This document shows positions 35,801 to 47,800 of a stretch of DNA of 64,000 nucleotides, piece after piece; positions within the stretch are counted from its first letter, which is position 1, and every line of letters starts with the position of its first letter. The position numbers were made by a program, and so were the translations under genes. Source of the DNA: Chiloscyllium plagiosum (taxonomy: Eukaryota); the NCBI RefSeq assembly GCF_004010195.1, contig NC_057710.1, positions 95,132,381 to 95,196,380 of the forward strand, in the 5' to 3' direction. The notes beneath the pieces are model-generated. The model searched no databases, had not been told where the DNA came from, and worked only from the letters and a program-made list of their open reading frames with translations.

Positions 35801-38511
35801 CAGCTTCCCCAACTCCTCAATACGACCTGCCCTTTGACCTGTCTTTGTATCGACTTCACCAACTCAAGACTACCTGCTCCTCTACCAATCTTTGTATCAG
35901 TCTCCCCAACTCCTCAATACAACATGCCCCTCGACCTATCTTTGTATCAGCTTGCCCAAAACCTCAATACGACCTGCACCTCTATCTATCTTGTATCTTC
36001 ATCCCCAACACCTCAATACTACCTGCCCCTTTACCTGTCTTTGTATCAGTCACCCAAACTCCTCAATACCACCTGCTCCTCCACCAATCTTTGTATCAGC
36101 CTCCCCAACTCCTGAATACTACCTGCTCCGCTACCTATCTTTGTATCAGCTTCCCCAACTCCTCAATCCCACCTGCTCCTCTACCTATCTTTGTATCTTC
36201 TTCCCCAACTCCTCAATAATACCTGCCCCTCTGCCTATCTTTTTATCAGCTTCCCCAACTCCTCAATACAACCTGCCCCTTTACCTATCTTTGTATTAGC
36301 TTCCCCAACCCCTCAATACTACCTGCTCCTCTACCTATCTTTGTATCAGCCTCCCCAATTCCTGAATACTACTAGCTTTTCTACCTATCTTAGTATCAGC
36401 TTCCCCAACTCCTCAATACCACCTGCCCCTCTACCTATCTTTGTATCTTCTTCCCCACCACCTCAATACTACCTGCTCCTCAACCAATCTTTGTATCAGC
36501 CTCGCCAACTCCTGAATATTACCTGCTCCTCGACCTAATTTTGTAGCTGCCTCCCCACCTCCTCAATACTACCTGCCCCTTTACCTATCTTTGTATCAGC
36601 TCCCCAACTCCTCAATACGACCTGCTCCTCCACCTATCTTTATATGAGCTTCCACAACTCCTCTACCTATATTTGTATTAGCCTCCCCAACTCCTCAATA
36701 CGACCTGCTCCTCAACATATCTTTGTATCAGCTTCCCAAACTCCTCAATACTATCTGCTAATCTACCTATCTTTGTATTTATTTCCCCAACTCCTCAATT
36801 CCACTTGCCCATTTACCTATCTTTGTAGCTGCCTCCCCAACTCCTCAATACTACCTGCCCCTTTACCTATTCTGTATCAGCTCCCCAACTCCTCAATACT
36901 ACCTGCTCCGCCACCTATCTTTATGTGAGCTTCCACGTCTCCTCAATACCACCTGCCCATCTACCTATCTTTGTATCAGCTTCCAAAACTCCTCAATACT
37001 AACTGCTCCTCCACCTATCTCTGTATCAGCTTCCCAAACTGCTCAATACTACTTGCTCCTCTATCTATATTTGTATTAGCCTCCCCAACTCCTCAATATG
37101 ACCTGCTCCTCCACCTATCTTTGTATCAGCTTCCCCAACTCCTCAGAACTACCTGCCCCTCTACTTATCCTTGTATCAGCTTCCCCAACTCCTCAATACT
37201 ACCTGCCCCTTTATCTATCTTTGTATCAGCAACCCCAAGTCCTCACTATTACCTGCCCCATTTCCTATCTTTGTATAAGCCTACCCAACACCTCAATACT
37301 ACCTGCTCATCGACGTATCTCTGTATCAGTTTCCCCAACTGCTCAACACCACCTTTGTATCAGCTTCCCCAACTCCTCAGTACTACCTGCCCCTCTACTT
37401 ATCTTTGTATCAGCTTCCTCAAGTCCTCAATACAACCTGCCCCTTTACCTATCTTTGTATAAGACTACCCAACACCTCAATACTACCTGCCCATCTACCT
37501 ATCTTTGTATCAGCCTCCCCAACTGCTCAATACTACCTGCTTTTGTATCTTCTTCCCCAACTCCTCAATACTATCTGCCCCTCTGCCTATCTTTGTATCA
37601 GCCTCCCCAACTCCTCAATACCACCTGCCCCTCTACCTATCTTTTTATCAGCCTCCCCAACTCCTCAATACTACCTGTTCCTCTACCGATATTTGTATCA
37701 GTTTCCCCAACCCCTCAATACCACCTGCTCCTCTACCTATCTTTGTATCTTCTTCCCCAACTCCTCAATACTACCTGCTCCTCTACCTATCTTTGTATCA
37801 GCCTCCCCAACTGCTGAATACTACCTGCCCCTTTACCTATCTTTGTGTCAGCTTCCCAATTCCTCAATACTACCTGCCCCTTTACCTATCTTTGTATCAG
37901 CTCCCCAACTCCTCAATACGACCTGCTCCTCTACCTATCTTTGTATCATCTTCCCTAACACCTCAATAATACCAGAACCTTTAACTATCTTTGTATCAGC
38001 TTCCCCAACACCTCAATACTACCTGCCCATCTACCTATCTTTGTATCAGCCTCCCCAACTCCTCAATACTATTTGTTCCTCTACCGATCTTTGTATCAGT
38101 TTCCCCAACTCTACAGTACTACCTGCCCCTCTACTTATCTTTGTACCTCGTTTTTATCTTTGTATAAGCCTACCCAACACCTCAATACTACTGGTCATCG
38201 AAGTATCTCTGTATCAGCTTCCCCAACTGCCCAATACTACCTGCTCATTGATGTATATCTGTATCAGCTGCCCCAACTCCTCAGCACCACCTGCCCCTCT
38301 ACCTATCTTTGTATTAGTCTCCCCAACTCCTCAATACTACCTGCCCCTCTACCTATCTTTGTATCAGTCTCCCCAACTGCTCAATACGACCTGCCCCTTT
38401 ATCTATCTTTGTATCTGCATCCCGAAGTCCTCAATACTGCCTGCCGCTTTACATTTCTTCGTATCAGCATCCCCAACCCCTCAATATCACCTGCTCCTCT
38501 ACCTATCTTTG
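35750..38511. repeat. 50-bp minisatellite, about 55 visible copies, truncated by an assembly gap
   Basis: Consensus CTCCTCAATACTACCTGCCCCTCTACCTATCTTTGTATCAGCTTCCCCAA; the reverse complement encodes DTKIGRGAGSIEE of CR1 RT. Confidence 0.97.
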
Positions 38512-39011
38512 NNNNNNNNNNNNNNNNNNNNNNNNNNNNNNNNNNNNNNNNNNNNNNNNNNNNNNNNNNNNNNNNNNNNNNNNNNNNNNNNNNNNNNNNN
38601 NNNNNNNNNNNNNNNNNNNNNNNNNNNNNNNNNNNNNNNNNNNNNNNNNNNNNNNNNNNNNNNNNNNNNNNNNNNNNNNNNNNNNNNNNNNNNNNNNNNN
38701 NNNNNNNNNNNNNNNNNNNNNNNNNNNNNNNNNNNNNNNNNNNNNNNNNNNNNNNNNNNNNNNNNNNNNNNNNNNNNNNNNNNNNNNNNNNNNNNNNNNN
38801 NNNNNNNNNNNNNNNNNNNNNNNNNNNNNNNNNNNNNNNNNNNNNNNNNNNNNNNNNNNNNNNNNNNNNNNNNNNNNNNNNNNNNNNNNNNNNNNNNNNN
38901 NNNNNNNNNNNNNNNNNNNNNNNNNNNNNNNNNNNNNNNNNNNNNNNNNNNNNNNNNNNNNNNNNNNNNNNNNNNNNNNNNNNNNNNNNNNNNNNNNNNN
39001 NNNNNNNNNNN
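38512..39011. other. Assembly gap (500 N)
   Basis: Run of exactly 500 N, probably a placeholder size. Confidence 1.
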
Positions 39012-39296
39012 TAACTCTTTTTCAATTGAGGAGTATTTTCTCTGGTGTATATTAAGTTTCTTTGAACAATAACCAATTGGTCTTTCAATTCCATCATCAC
39101 CCTCCTTGCATTAACAAGCTCCAACCCCTATATTGTTGGCATCAATTGCAACTTTAAAAGGTTTTTAAACATTTGATGTCGCTGAAACTGCTGCGGTAAT
39201 GCGTATGGCTTTGAGCTTTTCAAATGCCTCCTGGCAGTGTTCTGCCCACCAAAAGTTGTGTCCTTCTTTAGCAAATCCAGTAATTGGCATCATACT
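39012..39296 (-). mobile_element. Ty3/Gypsy pol fragment (RT thumb/connection - RNase H)
   Basis: F.WAEHCQEAFEKLKA..*KPFKVAIDANNIGVGA..DDGIERPIGYCSKKLNIHQRKYSSIEKEL. Confidence 0.9.
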
Positions 39297-40556
39297 ATAA
39301 TAATAATTTTGATGAATATATAAGTAGAAATATAAATGTGAAACAACCTAACCTGTATTGTGAAGATTTATAAAACCAATACTTACTTTCCCAATAACAT
39401 GGATTGCAAGTTCAACAATGTTATGACTGCAAATATTAGGAATATTTTATTGACAATATTAGATTTTATTTCTGCCACCATTTCTGATTCGGAATATTAG
39501 TACATTAGAAAAAGTGCAAAGGAAAGCCACAAAGATAAGCCTGGATTCTGCAACCTGTGGTTCCCATGTGGCAAAATACTGTTGTCAATCTCTTATTTCT
39601 CTTGCATAAAAGAATACAAAATGCCTTCATTGCACACTGCCACAATAGATAAGGGGAGAAAGGCTGTTACATTTGGAGAAAGAGATTTGGGTAAAATTTT
39701 TAAATGTAGGTGGGTGATTTGATGCCATAAGAAATTCACTGAGGAACAAAATCCACAGTAAATGGTAAAACTTTAAAGCACAAGTGAGGTAAAGGGTATT
39801 ATTGGTTTGGATACTTAAACTTTTACAGATATAAGGATAAATTGAATAAATTTGCAAAGAGCACTTTGGATCGTATTGTTTTGGAATGAGAACTGCTGAA
39901 TACAAAATCAAATTGATAATCTTTGTTCCACTTGTAGACTCCCACCAAGTGTATGCTACACATGTATTCTGATGAGTTGGAATTGGAGGGTCCAGTGACC
40001 ATGATGCTGGACACATCTCATACACTGGTGTCCTTGTGACTAAGGGATGGTGTAGAAGATTCACGAATTGATAAGAGTGGAAGTCCTTGCCTCCTCATCT
40101 TTGATCTCTCTCCCATCTTGATTTTTGTTTTGCTGTACCAAGGCCAATACACGAAAGAGAGCTGTTATTGCCATCACCCGATGGTCTTTACAATCTCCCG
40201 TTAGACACCCATGCTACTCCCAGAAACAGCTTCACCTCAATATAAAATGGAAATGTGCATCCCATGATGTTATTAAATGTGATTTTGAGACAGGACAACA
40301 CAGACTGCTAAGACTGCCTACTTGCTACATATGCTCTCGCCTGATAGTCATTTCCAGTGCAATTTAAAAGGTCGCTGACCTGCAATTAGTCAGATTATTG
40401 AAATGTTTTGTGAGGAATTTTGTTTGCAATACTCTGATACTTATAACTGGAAAATTGCTACAATTTAGTTCAAAGCTATACAAGATCTCAAGGAAACTCA
40501 GCCAAGAATTGACCACCACAGCTGTCAATCATTTGTGACATTTGAATCGAGCTGGG

Positions 40557-40856
40557 TAGATTAGATTAGATTAGATTCTCTATAGTGTGGAAAAGGCCCT
40601 TTGCCCCAAAAAAACCACACCAACCCTCCCGAAGAGTAACCCAGCCCCCTCTGACTAATGTACCTAACACAATGGGCAATTTAGCGTGGCCAATTCACCT
40701 GACCTGCACATCTTTGGACTGTGAGAGAAAACCAGAGCACCCGGAGAAAACCCATGCAGACACAGGAAGAATATGCAAACTCCACATAGATAGTTGCCAA
40801 GGCTGGAATCGAACCTGGGAACCTGGTGCTGTGAGGCAGCAGTGCTAACCACTGAG
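40557..40856 (-). mobile_element. HE1-type SINE
   Basis: (TAATC)n tail, core, head CTCAGTGGTTAGCACTGCTGCCTCACAGCACCAGG..GGTTCGATTCC. Confidence 0.9.
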
Positions 40857-40865
40857 AAGGAAGGC

Positions 40866-41530
40866 CATAGAGTCATAGAGTCCTGTAGCACAGAAACAGA
40901 CCCTTTGGTCCAATTCGTCCAATCCGACCAGATATCCCAATCTGACCTAGGCCTATTTGCCAGCATTTGGCCCATATCCCTCTAAACCCTTCCTATTCAT
41001 ATACCAAGCGGATGCTTTTTAAATATTGTAATTGTACCCACCTTCACCACTTCCTCTGGCAGCTCTTTCCTCACAGGCACCACCTTCTGTGCGAAAACAT
41101 TACCCCTCAGGTCCTTTTAAATCTTTTCCCTCTTACCTTAAACCTATACCTTCTAGTTTTGGACTCCCCCACCCTAGGAAAAAGAACTTGTCTATTTATC
41201 CTATCCATGCCCTTCATTGTTTTATAAATCTTTTATAAGGTCACCCTGCAACCTCTGATGCTGCAGGGAAAAAAGTCCTAGCCTATTCAACCTCTCCCTA
41301 TAGCTCAAACCCTCCAGTCCCAGCAACATCCTTGTAAATCTTATCTGCACCCTCTCAGGTTTAGCAATATCCTTTCTATAGAAGGACGATCAGAATTGTA
41401 CACGGTACTCTAAATGTGGCCTTACCAATGTCCTGTGCAGCTGCAACATGACATCCCAACTCCTATAAGCAATGTTCTGACCAACGAAGGCAAGTATGCC
41501 AAACACTTTCTTCATCACTCTGTCCACCGC
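40866..41530 (-). mobile_element. CR1/HER1-type LINE 3' end
   Basis: Homologous to 1524-2070, 15680-16378 and 48842-49440, including the (TCTATGAC)n tail. Confidence 0.9.
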
Positions 41531-41539
41531 AACTCCATG

Positions 41540-42525
41540 GAATCAAACTTGATGCAATAAAGAATGTAGGAGGGCATGCAAGGATCAATACCAAGCATAC
41601 ATAAGAATGAGGTCTCAACCTGGTGAAGCTACCAAACAGGACTACTTGCAAGCCAACCAGCATAAGCAGCAAGTGATGGACAAAATGAGGTGGTCCCACA
41701 ACCAACGTCAAACTCTTAAGTCTTGTCACATCCTGTTATCAATAATGGTAAACAATTAAACAACTCACTACAGGAGGATGCTCCACAAGGGTCGGGCAAT
41801 GACCATCTCCAGTAAGAGACAATCTAACCACAGCCTCTTTACGTTGAATGGTGTTATCATCATTGAATGACCCACAAATAGCCTAGGGGTGACCATTGAC
41901 CAGAAACTCAATTGGACTCAGCGTATTAATGCAGTGGCTACAAGAGCAGGTCAGAGGCTACGAATACTGTGGCAAGTGACTCATTTTCTGTTTCCTCCAA
42001 AGTCTGTCCTCCAACGATAAGGCACAAGTCAGGAGTGTCATGGAATACTCCCCATTTGCCTGGATGACTGCAGCTCCAACAACACTCAAAAAGCTTGATA
42101 TTATCCAGGACAAAGCAACCTGCTTGATTAGCAACACATCAATAACTATCCACTCTCTCCACCACTGATAGCAGTGTGTACTATGTACAAGATGCACTGC
42201 AGAAATTCACCAAAGATCCTTAGACAGTACATTCCAAGCCCATGAGCTTTACCATCTAGAGAGAAAAGGGACAGTAGAAACATGAGAACACGACCACCTC
42301 TAAGCTTCCCTTCAAGCCAGTCACCATTCTGACTTGGAAATATATTTGTGCTCATTCACTGTCTCTGGATCAAAATCCTAGAACTCCTTCCTTCAGGACA
42401 TTGTGGGACTATCTATAGTACAGGAAATACAGCAGTTCAAAAAAGGAGCTCAGTACCACCTTCTGTATGGACAGGAAATAAACACTGACCAGCTTGTGAT
42501 GCCCATGTTCCACAAGCAAATTTTA
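41540..42525 (+). mobile_element. Family B LINE (linker piece + 3' end)
   Basis: LGVTIDQKLNWT..KAQVRSVMEYSPFAWM..LDIIQDKATCLI and the family B 3' UTR. Confidence 0.85.
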
Positions 42526-43074
42526 AAAAAGGTCTTGGGCATCAAGGCTCTCTATTCATGATGAGAACACTGTCTGGGGCATTTGTCTCCATACTCACAA
42601 TGAGGACACTGTCCTGTGTGTCAGGCCCTCCATACACATTAACTTGGGCATTAGGTTGTCTATTCATTAAGAGGGCTGTGTGCTGGAGATCAGACTCTCT
42701 TTTTACATGTGATCATGGACATTAGGCTTCCTATTTATGAAAAGAACACTGTATAGGGCATTAGACTATCTATTTACAAAGAGGATAGTGGGCATTAGGG
42801 TTCCTATTTACGAAGGGGACAGTGTTTCCTGCGTCGGGCTCTCTATTTATGAAGAGGATAGAATTCTGGGCTTTAGGTTCTCAATTTATGAAAAGGGCAA
42901 TGTCTTTTTAGTACACACCATCATGGGCATCAGGCTCTCTAATTCCTCACTGTTATAGGCACCAGGGTCTCTATTTATGAAGAGGACAATGTCTTGGGCA
43001 TCAGAATCTCTACTTACATAATGTCCTGAGCAACACTCTCCCATTTATGAAAAGGACACTGTCCTGGATATTAG

Positions 43075-43253
43075 ATAAAAATTGAAAGAACTGCAGATGC
43101 TGTGAATCAGAAACAATAGAAACTGAAAAAATAGAATATGAAAATAGAAAACTGAGTTCTGAGGAAGGGTCACTCAACCCGAAACGTCCATTCTGATTTC
43201 TCTCCACAGATGCTGCCAGACCTGCTAAGCTTTTCCAGTAATCTCTATTCTTG
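43075..43253 (+). mobile_element. PLE-terminus insertion with inverted 5' piece, ~14-bp TSD
   Basis: TSD GTCCTGG(A/G)TATTAG 43061-43074/43254-43267; inverted AACTGCAGATGCTG piece at left, hammerhead and tail at right. Confidence 0.75.
43155..43192 (+). ncRNA. Minimal hammerhead ribozyme, second sequence family
   Basis: CUGAGGA 43159-43165, stem II GGGU/CACUCA/ACCC, GAAACGUC 43181-43188; stem I poorly paired. Confidence 0.6.
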
Positions 43254-43589
43254 GTCCTGGGTATTAGGTTCTCTCTTTATGAAGGAGTCACTATCCTAGC
43301 CATTAAGCTCTCTATTAAGATAAAGGACGTTGTCCTGTGCATTAGCTTCTCTATTTATGGTGAGGACAGTGTCCTAGGCATTAGGAGAGAGGATCACATG
43401 GAGCAGCATTTTAAGCTGCAAGGAGTTTACAGACATTACAAATGAGACCCGATCATTCAAATAATTTATTCTGTTATTGTTTTAGTTAAAGAGGGAAATG
43501 AGAGAAACTGAAAATAACTGTTTTTGTTATAGCAAAGAGGATTAAAAGAAGAAAGATTTGCATTCATATAAAAGCTTCCCTAGGTATCT

Positions 43590-43890
43590 TTGTCCAGCAA
43601 CACTCTGCAGGGCTGTTCCATTAACTGTATAAGTCCTGTCCTGATTTGCCTTACCAAAATGCAGCACCTCACATTTATCAAAATTATTCTCCGTCTGCCA
43701 CTCCTCAGCCACTGGCACATCTGACCAAGTTTGCGTTGTACTCTGAAGTAACCTTCTTCACTGTCCACTACACCAGTAATTTTGGTGCCATCTGCAAACC
43801 TACTAACCATGCTACCTATATTCACATCCATATCATTTGTATAAATGATGAAAAGCAGTGGACCCAGCATCACTCTTTGTGGTCCTGCCA
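43590..43890 (-). mobile_element. CR1 RT fragment
   Basis: ORF 43580-43891: PQRVMLGPLLFIIYTNDMD..VSRFADGTKI.GVVDSEEG. Confidence 0.9.
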
Positions 43891-43894
43891 ACCC

Positions 43895-44147
43895 TGCAAG
43901 TCCTCCTTACTAACATCTGGGGCTAGTGCTAAAATTGCATAGCTGTCTCACAGACCAGTAAAGCAAAAGTTGATAAAGTGTGGAGCTGAAAAGAGTGCAG
44001 CTGGCTAAGCAGCATTAGAGGAGCAGGGGAGTCGAGGTGTCAGGTCGGAACCTTGCAAAGGTTCCGAACAGTAAAGCAACAGCCTGATGTAGTCATACTC
44101 ATGGAATCACACTTTACATCTCCCAGGCATCACCATCACCATCCCTA
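43895..44147 (+). mobile_element. Family B endonuclease N-terminus containing a minus-strand PLE mini-insertion (43967-44068)
   Basis: LLTNIWG..LSHRPVKQ|QPDVVILMESH; TSD CAGTAAAGCAA 43956-43966/44069-44079; the insert ends in hairpin TCGGAACCTT-GCA-AAGGTTCCGA. Confidence 0.8.
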
Positions 44148-44733
44148 TCAGCGTTCCGAAAAGACCACTCCCTCCGTGACTCCCACGTCAGGTCCACACC
44201 CCCCACCAACCCAACCTCCACTCCCAGCACTTTCCCCTGCAACCGCAAGAAATACAAAACTTGCGCCCACACCTCCCCCCTTACTTCCCTCCAAGGCTCC
44301 AAGGGACACTTCCATATCCGCCACAAATTCACCTGCACCTCCACACACATCATCTATTGCATCTGCTGCACCCGATGTGACCTCCTCTATATTGGGGAGA
44401 CAGGTCACCTACTTGCGGAACGTTTCAGAGAGCACCTCTGGGACACCCGGACCANNNNNNNNNNNNNNNNNNNNNNNNNNNNNNNNNNNCTATGGCCTAT
44501 CACCCTCATCTTGACCTCCTTCCACCTATCGCATTTCCAACGCACCTCCCCCAAGTCCCTCCTCCCTACCTTTTATCTTAGCCTGCTGGACACACTTTCC
44601 TCATTCCTGAAGAAGAGCTTATGCCCGAAACGTCGATTCTCCTGTTCCTTGGATGCTGCCTGACCTGCTGCGCTTTTCCAGCAACACATTTTCAGCTCTG
44701 ATCTCCAGCATCTGCAGTCCTCACTTTCTCCTC
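44148..44733 (+). mobile_element. Young Penelope-like element, 5'-truncated: GIY-YIG endonuclease + pLTR (35-N gap at 44455-44489)
   Basis: Open frame 44148-44453, absent from the ORF track: SAFRKDHSLRDSHVRS..TFPCNRKKYKTCAH..FTCTSTHIIYCICCTRCDLLYIGETGHLLAERFREHLWDTRT (Cys linker + IIY..C..C...YIGET..L..RF.EH). Confidence 0.92.
44603..44638 (+). ncRNA. Minimal type I hammerhead ribozyme
   Basis: CUGAAGA 44607-44613, stem II GAGC/UUAU/GCCC (one mismatch), GAAACGUC, predicted cut after C44634. Confidence 0.7.
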
Positions 44734-45829
44734 ACTGGTATGAGAGCAAAGCAGGCTCCCAATTGAAATATAAGCTTGCATTTATTTGGCTGGTGCTGGG
44801 AGGAGCAGTTGCGAGCTCACACAAACATAATTTTAAGCAGCTGCAAATTGGACATCACGCCACAAGCCTCTTCTGTAAAAGTGTGACCCCTTCACTTACC
44901 TTCCTAGACTTACCTTGTTGTAGAATGACTGATAATACAGTGGTCTGACCCTGGTGTCATAGTACAGTTCACCAGTTGCAGAACTGAGACCTGACCCTTA
45001 AAATGCCTCTAAATGCTTCAATTAAATTCAACCACCACTGATACCATTGTTTCAGCTTTCTCCTCCATTAATCATGCAAGTGCATGTCATAACTGGACAA
45101 CACTGGGAAAATCTATTCTGAACTGAGAGCCTGAAGGTGGCACAAATCCAGGATGGTAATCATAGGGATATTTACACCCCATTGGGAGAAGCAAACAACA
45201 TTCAAATCTCATGGAAATTCATAGACCTTTTACTATCAAAAGAAGCCAATGATCTGTTTCTAAGTCATTTCCAGATCAGGAAAAGTCCAGGGGGAATGCT
45301 TTCATACATGAGCAATTCAGAAAGATATGGCTCCCCAGCCAATGAAAACACACAGCAATTCACACAGTCAATGGCTTGCTTGCTGATGAACTGCTGCTGA
45401 CCTTCTTGTGCTGCATTCTTTCTGTTACACGCAAGAGAAGTAAGCAACTAGCTACTTAACTCTAATATCTATTTTTACTTACTTTACTGAAAGTTCCAGA
45501 TAACAGTGGCAGGAGCTGGAGTTGTGGCCTATTTAATTAGTGAGAATAAACTTGGCAATAAAAGCTCACTGCTGCAGGACAGTCAACGCATTTTGAAATG
45601 TTAAAGTGATGTGATTTGTGAAACTAGCTCCATTTTAAAGAGAGCGGTTTCATGAACTCACTGCTTGGTGCAAAATTTGGACATGATCACAAGCTCAGTG
45701 TCATTGGTTCGGGTTTTGATCCTGTTATTCAGACAATCTAAATAGATTGCTAAACGTGCCAATGTAAAAGTTAATGCATAGAGTATATCGTTAGTCATTA
45801 TTTCCTGATTTCCTTGTTGTGATTAAATA

Positions 45830-46290
45830 GAACTGTAGAATATGCAGCTCAGAAACAGACCATTCAGCCCAACCAGTCTCTGCTGACTTTATGTTTCATA
45901 CAAACCTCCTTGTATCCTTCCTATCTACCTCTATCAGCAAAACTTCCTATTCCTTTCTACTTAATAGGTACATCTGGCTTTTCCTTAAATACACTTATAC
46001 TATCATCTTACTCATTTCCTGTTGTAGTACAATTCACAGTGTAAACATACTCCAGGTTCTGACTTTGAGATAAGATTCTTCCTGTGATGACTTATACTTT
46101 AGCTCTTGCCCTCAAATGGGAGGCACATTTGCTGTATGGACTCAATCATAACTCTTCAAAATGCCATGATCCCTCCCTCACCCAATCCTTACCCTCTCAG
46201 CCTTTTCTCTTACAAAGAAAAATGACCCAGCTCTTCATTATTTCCTAATTTGTATAGCCTAACAATTCTGATTTCATCCTTGGAAATGAG
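45830..46290 (-). mobile_element. Old CR1 3' end
   Basis: Degenerate 3' UTR (CAGAAACAGACCATTCAGCCCAACCAGTC) and C-terminal ORF2 remnants. Confidence 0.55.
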
Positions 46291-46980
46291 GTTGCCTTAC
46301 CACACTTAATTCATTTAAATATTTACTCCAAGGTTTCACTGTGCCAACATGCCTGATGTTAAACTGCAGGGATGGAGTGTCTCTTTCTTCTAATCTAATC
46401 CAGCACCAATCCTACAATATAATATTTGGTCAGTTCATTTGAACATCACATGTAACCAATCACACGTAACAGTCTGGCTGGAAATTTTAGGTGCAGTCTT
46501 TACAAAATCAAGTGGCTGAAAATTTCAGACGCAGGCTTGTGAGGAGTAAGGTAAACAGTGAGTCTTGGACATGAATGGATTGTCTGATGGGCAATTATAA
46601 TAGTTCGAGTGAGATTTTGAAACACCTTTTAAAAAATCCTTCACATGGAGAACAAATAAAATAGAGTAGAACCACGAAAGAAGGGAGAAATGGAAATCAC
46701 ATTTTTCAGTGAGGCCAACTATCAGATATTTCTGGATGAAAAGCAATAAAGAAAAGAAAATTTGTTGAGTGCCATAGGAGGAAAAAAAATATCTTTCTTA
46801 CGATGCTTTAAAGCAAAAGAGATCAGAAGATGATGGAGAAAAGAAAGATATCACTAAATACAAGGGAAGGGAAGAAGTCAGTCCTTGTGGACTGTATCAG
46901 TGATGATGAGCACAAGGTATGGAATTGTAGCCATACAATATATTTGTAGAGGAGGGAAAGACAGACAATAAATTTGACAA

Positions 46981-47133
46981 ATTCCCCTACACCTACACTA
47001 AAGGCAATTTAGGAAACCAGAGCAAACCCACACAGACACAACATGCAGACTCCACACAGTTAGTTGCCTGAGGCAGGAATTGAACCTAGGTCTCTGGCAC
47101 TGTTAGGCAGCAGTCTGTGCCACTGTGCCACCC
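46981..47133 (-). mobile_element. HE1-type SINE fragment
   Basis: Head GGGTGGCACAGTGGC..CTGCTGCCT.ACAGTGCCAGAGACCTAGGTTCAATTCC plus a deleted core. Confidence 0.8.
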
Positions 47134-47169
47134 ACAAACTTTGGAAATGCTTAGTCAAACTTAATGTGG

Positions 47170-47800
47170 GCTTAGAAGCCAAAGGTTAGTTGAGGGAAGC
47201 CAGCATGAATTTATTAAAACAGAGTAAAATGCAGTAAATTCTGGAAATTTGAAATAAAGACAGAACATGCTGAAAAAGACTCACTATAGATGATGAGACA
47301 AACAGACTTAATGCTTCAAGTCAATGACTGTAACCAAAATTTTCCCTAAGTGCTGCCTGACTTGCTGCATGTTTTCAGGATTTTTGATTTTTATTATGAA
47401 TTTATCAAAGATAGATTTGCCAAATTAAATGTACTTTTGTTTAAAGGAATGATCAATCACATAGATATTGGAAATGCCACGGATCTCCTTGATTTTCAGA
47501 AGCTATCAATGAGGTACTTAATGAGAGGCTTGTTAGAAAAAAACTATGTGTATGATATAACAGAAAATGTAGCAGATTAACAGACAGAGAAGAAACAAAG
47601 GGTTTGGGCAAATGGGTACTACTTGTATGGGAGAAAGGTCAATAGTGTCCCAAGGGTCAGTTCTGGGTTCACCTTTGCTCCTGGATTTAAAAATAAAGAA
47701 AATGAACTCAAAATTGGCTGATGATACATTAGTGTATCTGGTAAACAATACAAAACACTTGAGGAAAAATTGGCCAGATTACTAGAATCAATGTAAACTG
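47170..47800 (+). mobile_element. Old CR1 RT fragment with nested fold-back PLE element (47219-47395)
   Basis: ESQHEFIK..LDFQK..VPRVSSG..KLADDT; TSD ATGAATTTAT(T/C)AAA 47205-47218/47396-47409. Confidence 0.7.

Larger units (their letters stand above)
42530..43386. repeat. Diverged 39-bp minisatellite (~17 copies) with a PLE insertion
   Basis: Consensus GGGCATTAGGCTCTCTATTTATGAAGAGGACACTGTCCT. Confidence 0.85.

Noticed and set aside
35750-38511. CRISPR-like repeat-spacer array
   Set aside because: Units are contiguous with no unique spacers, derive from CR1 RT, and the context is vertebrate with no cas genes.
35648-39124. Long Pro/Ser/Leu/Tyr-rich ORFs (up to 555 aa)
   Set aside because: Read-through of a stop-poor 50-bp repeat in all three frames, partly extended through the N gap; not a gene.
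42737-43445. Repeat-protein ORFs (GIRLSIYEED..)
   Set aside because: Product of a diverged 39-bp minisatellite with frame breaks and a TE insertion.
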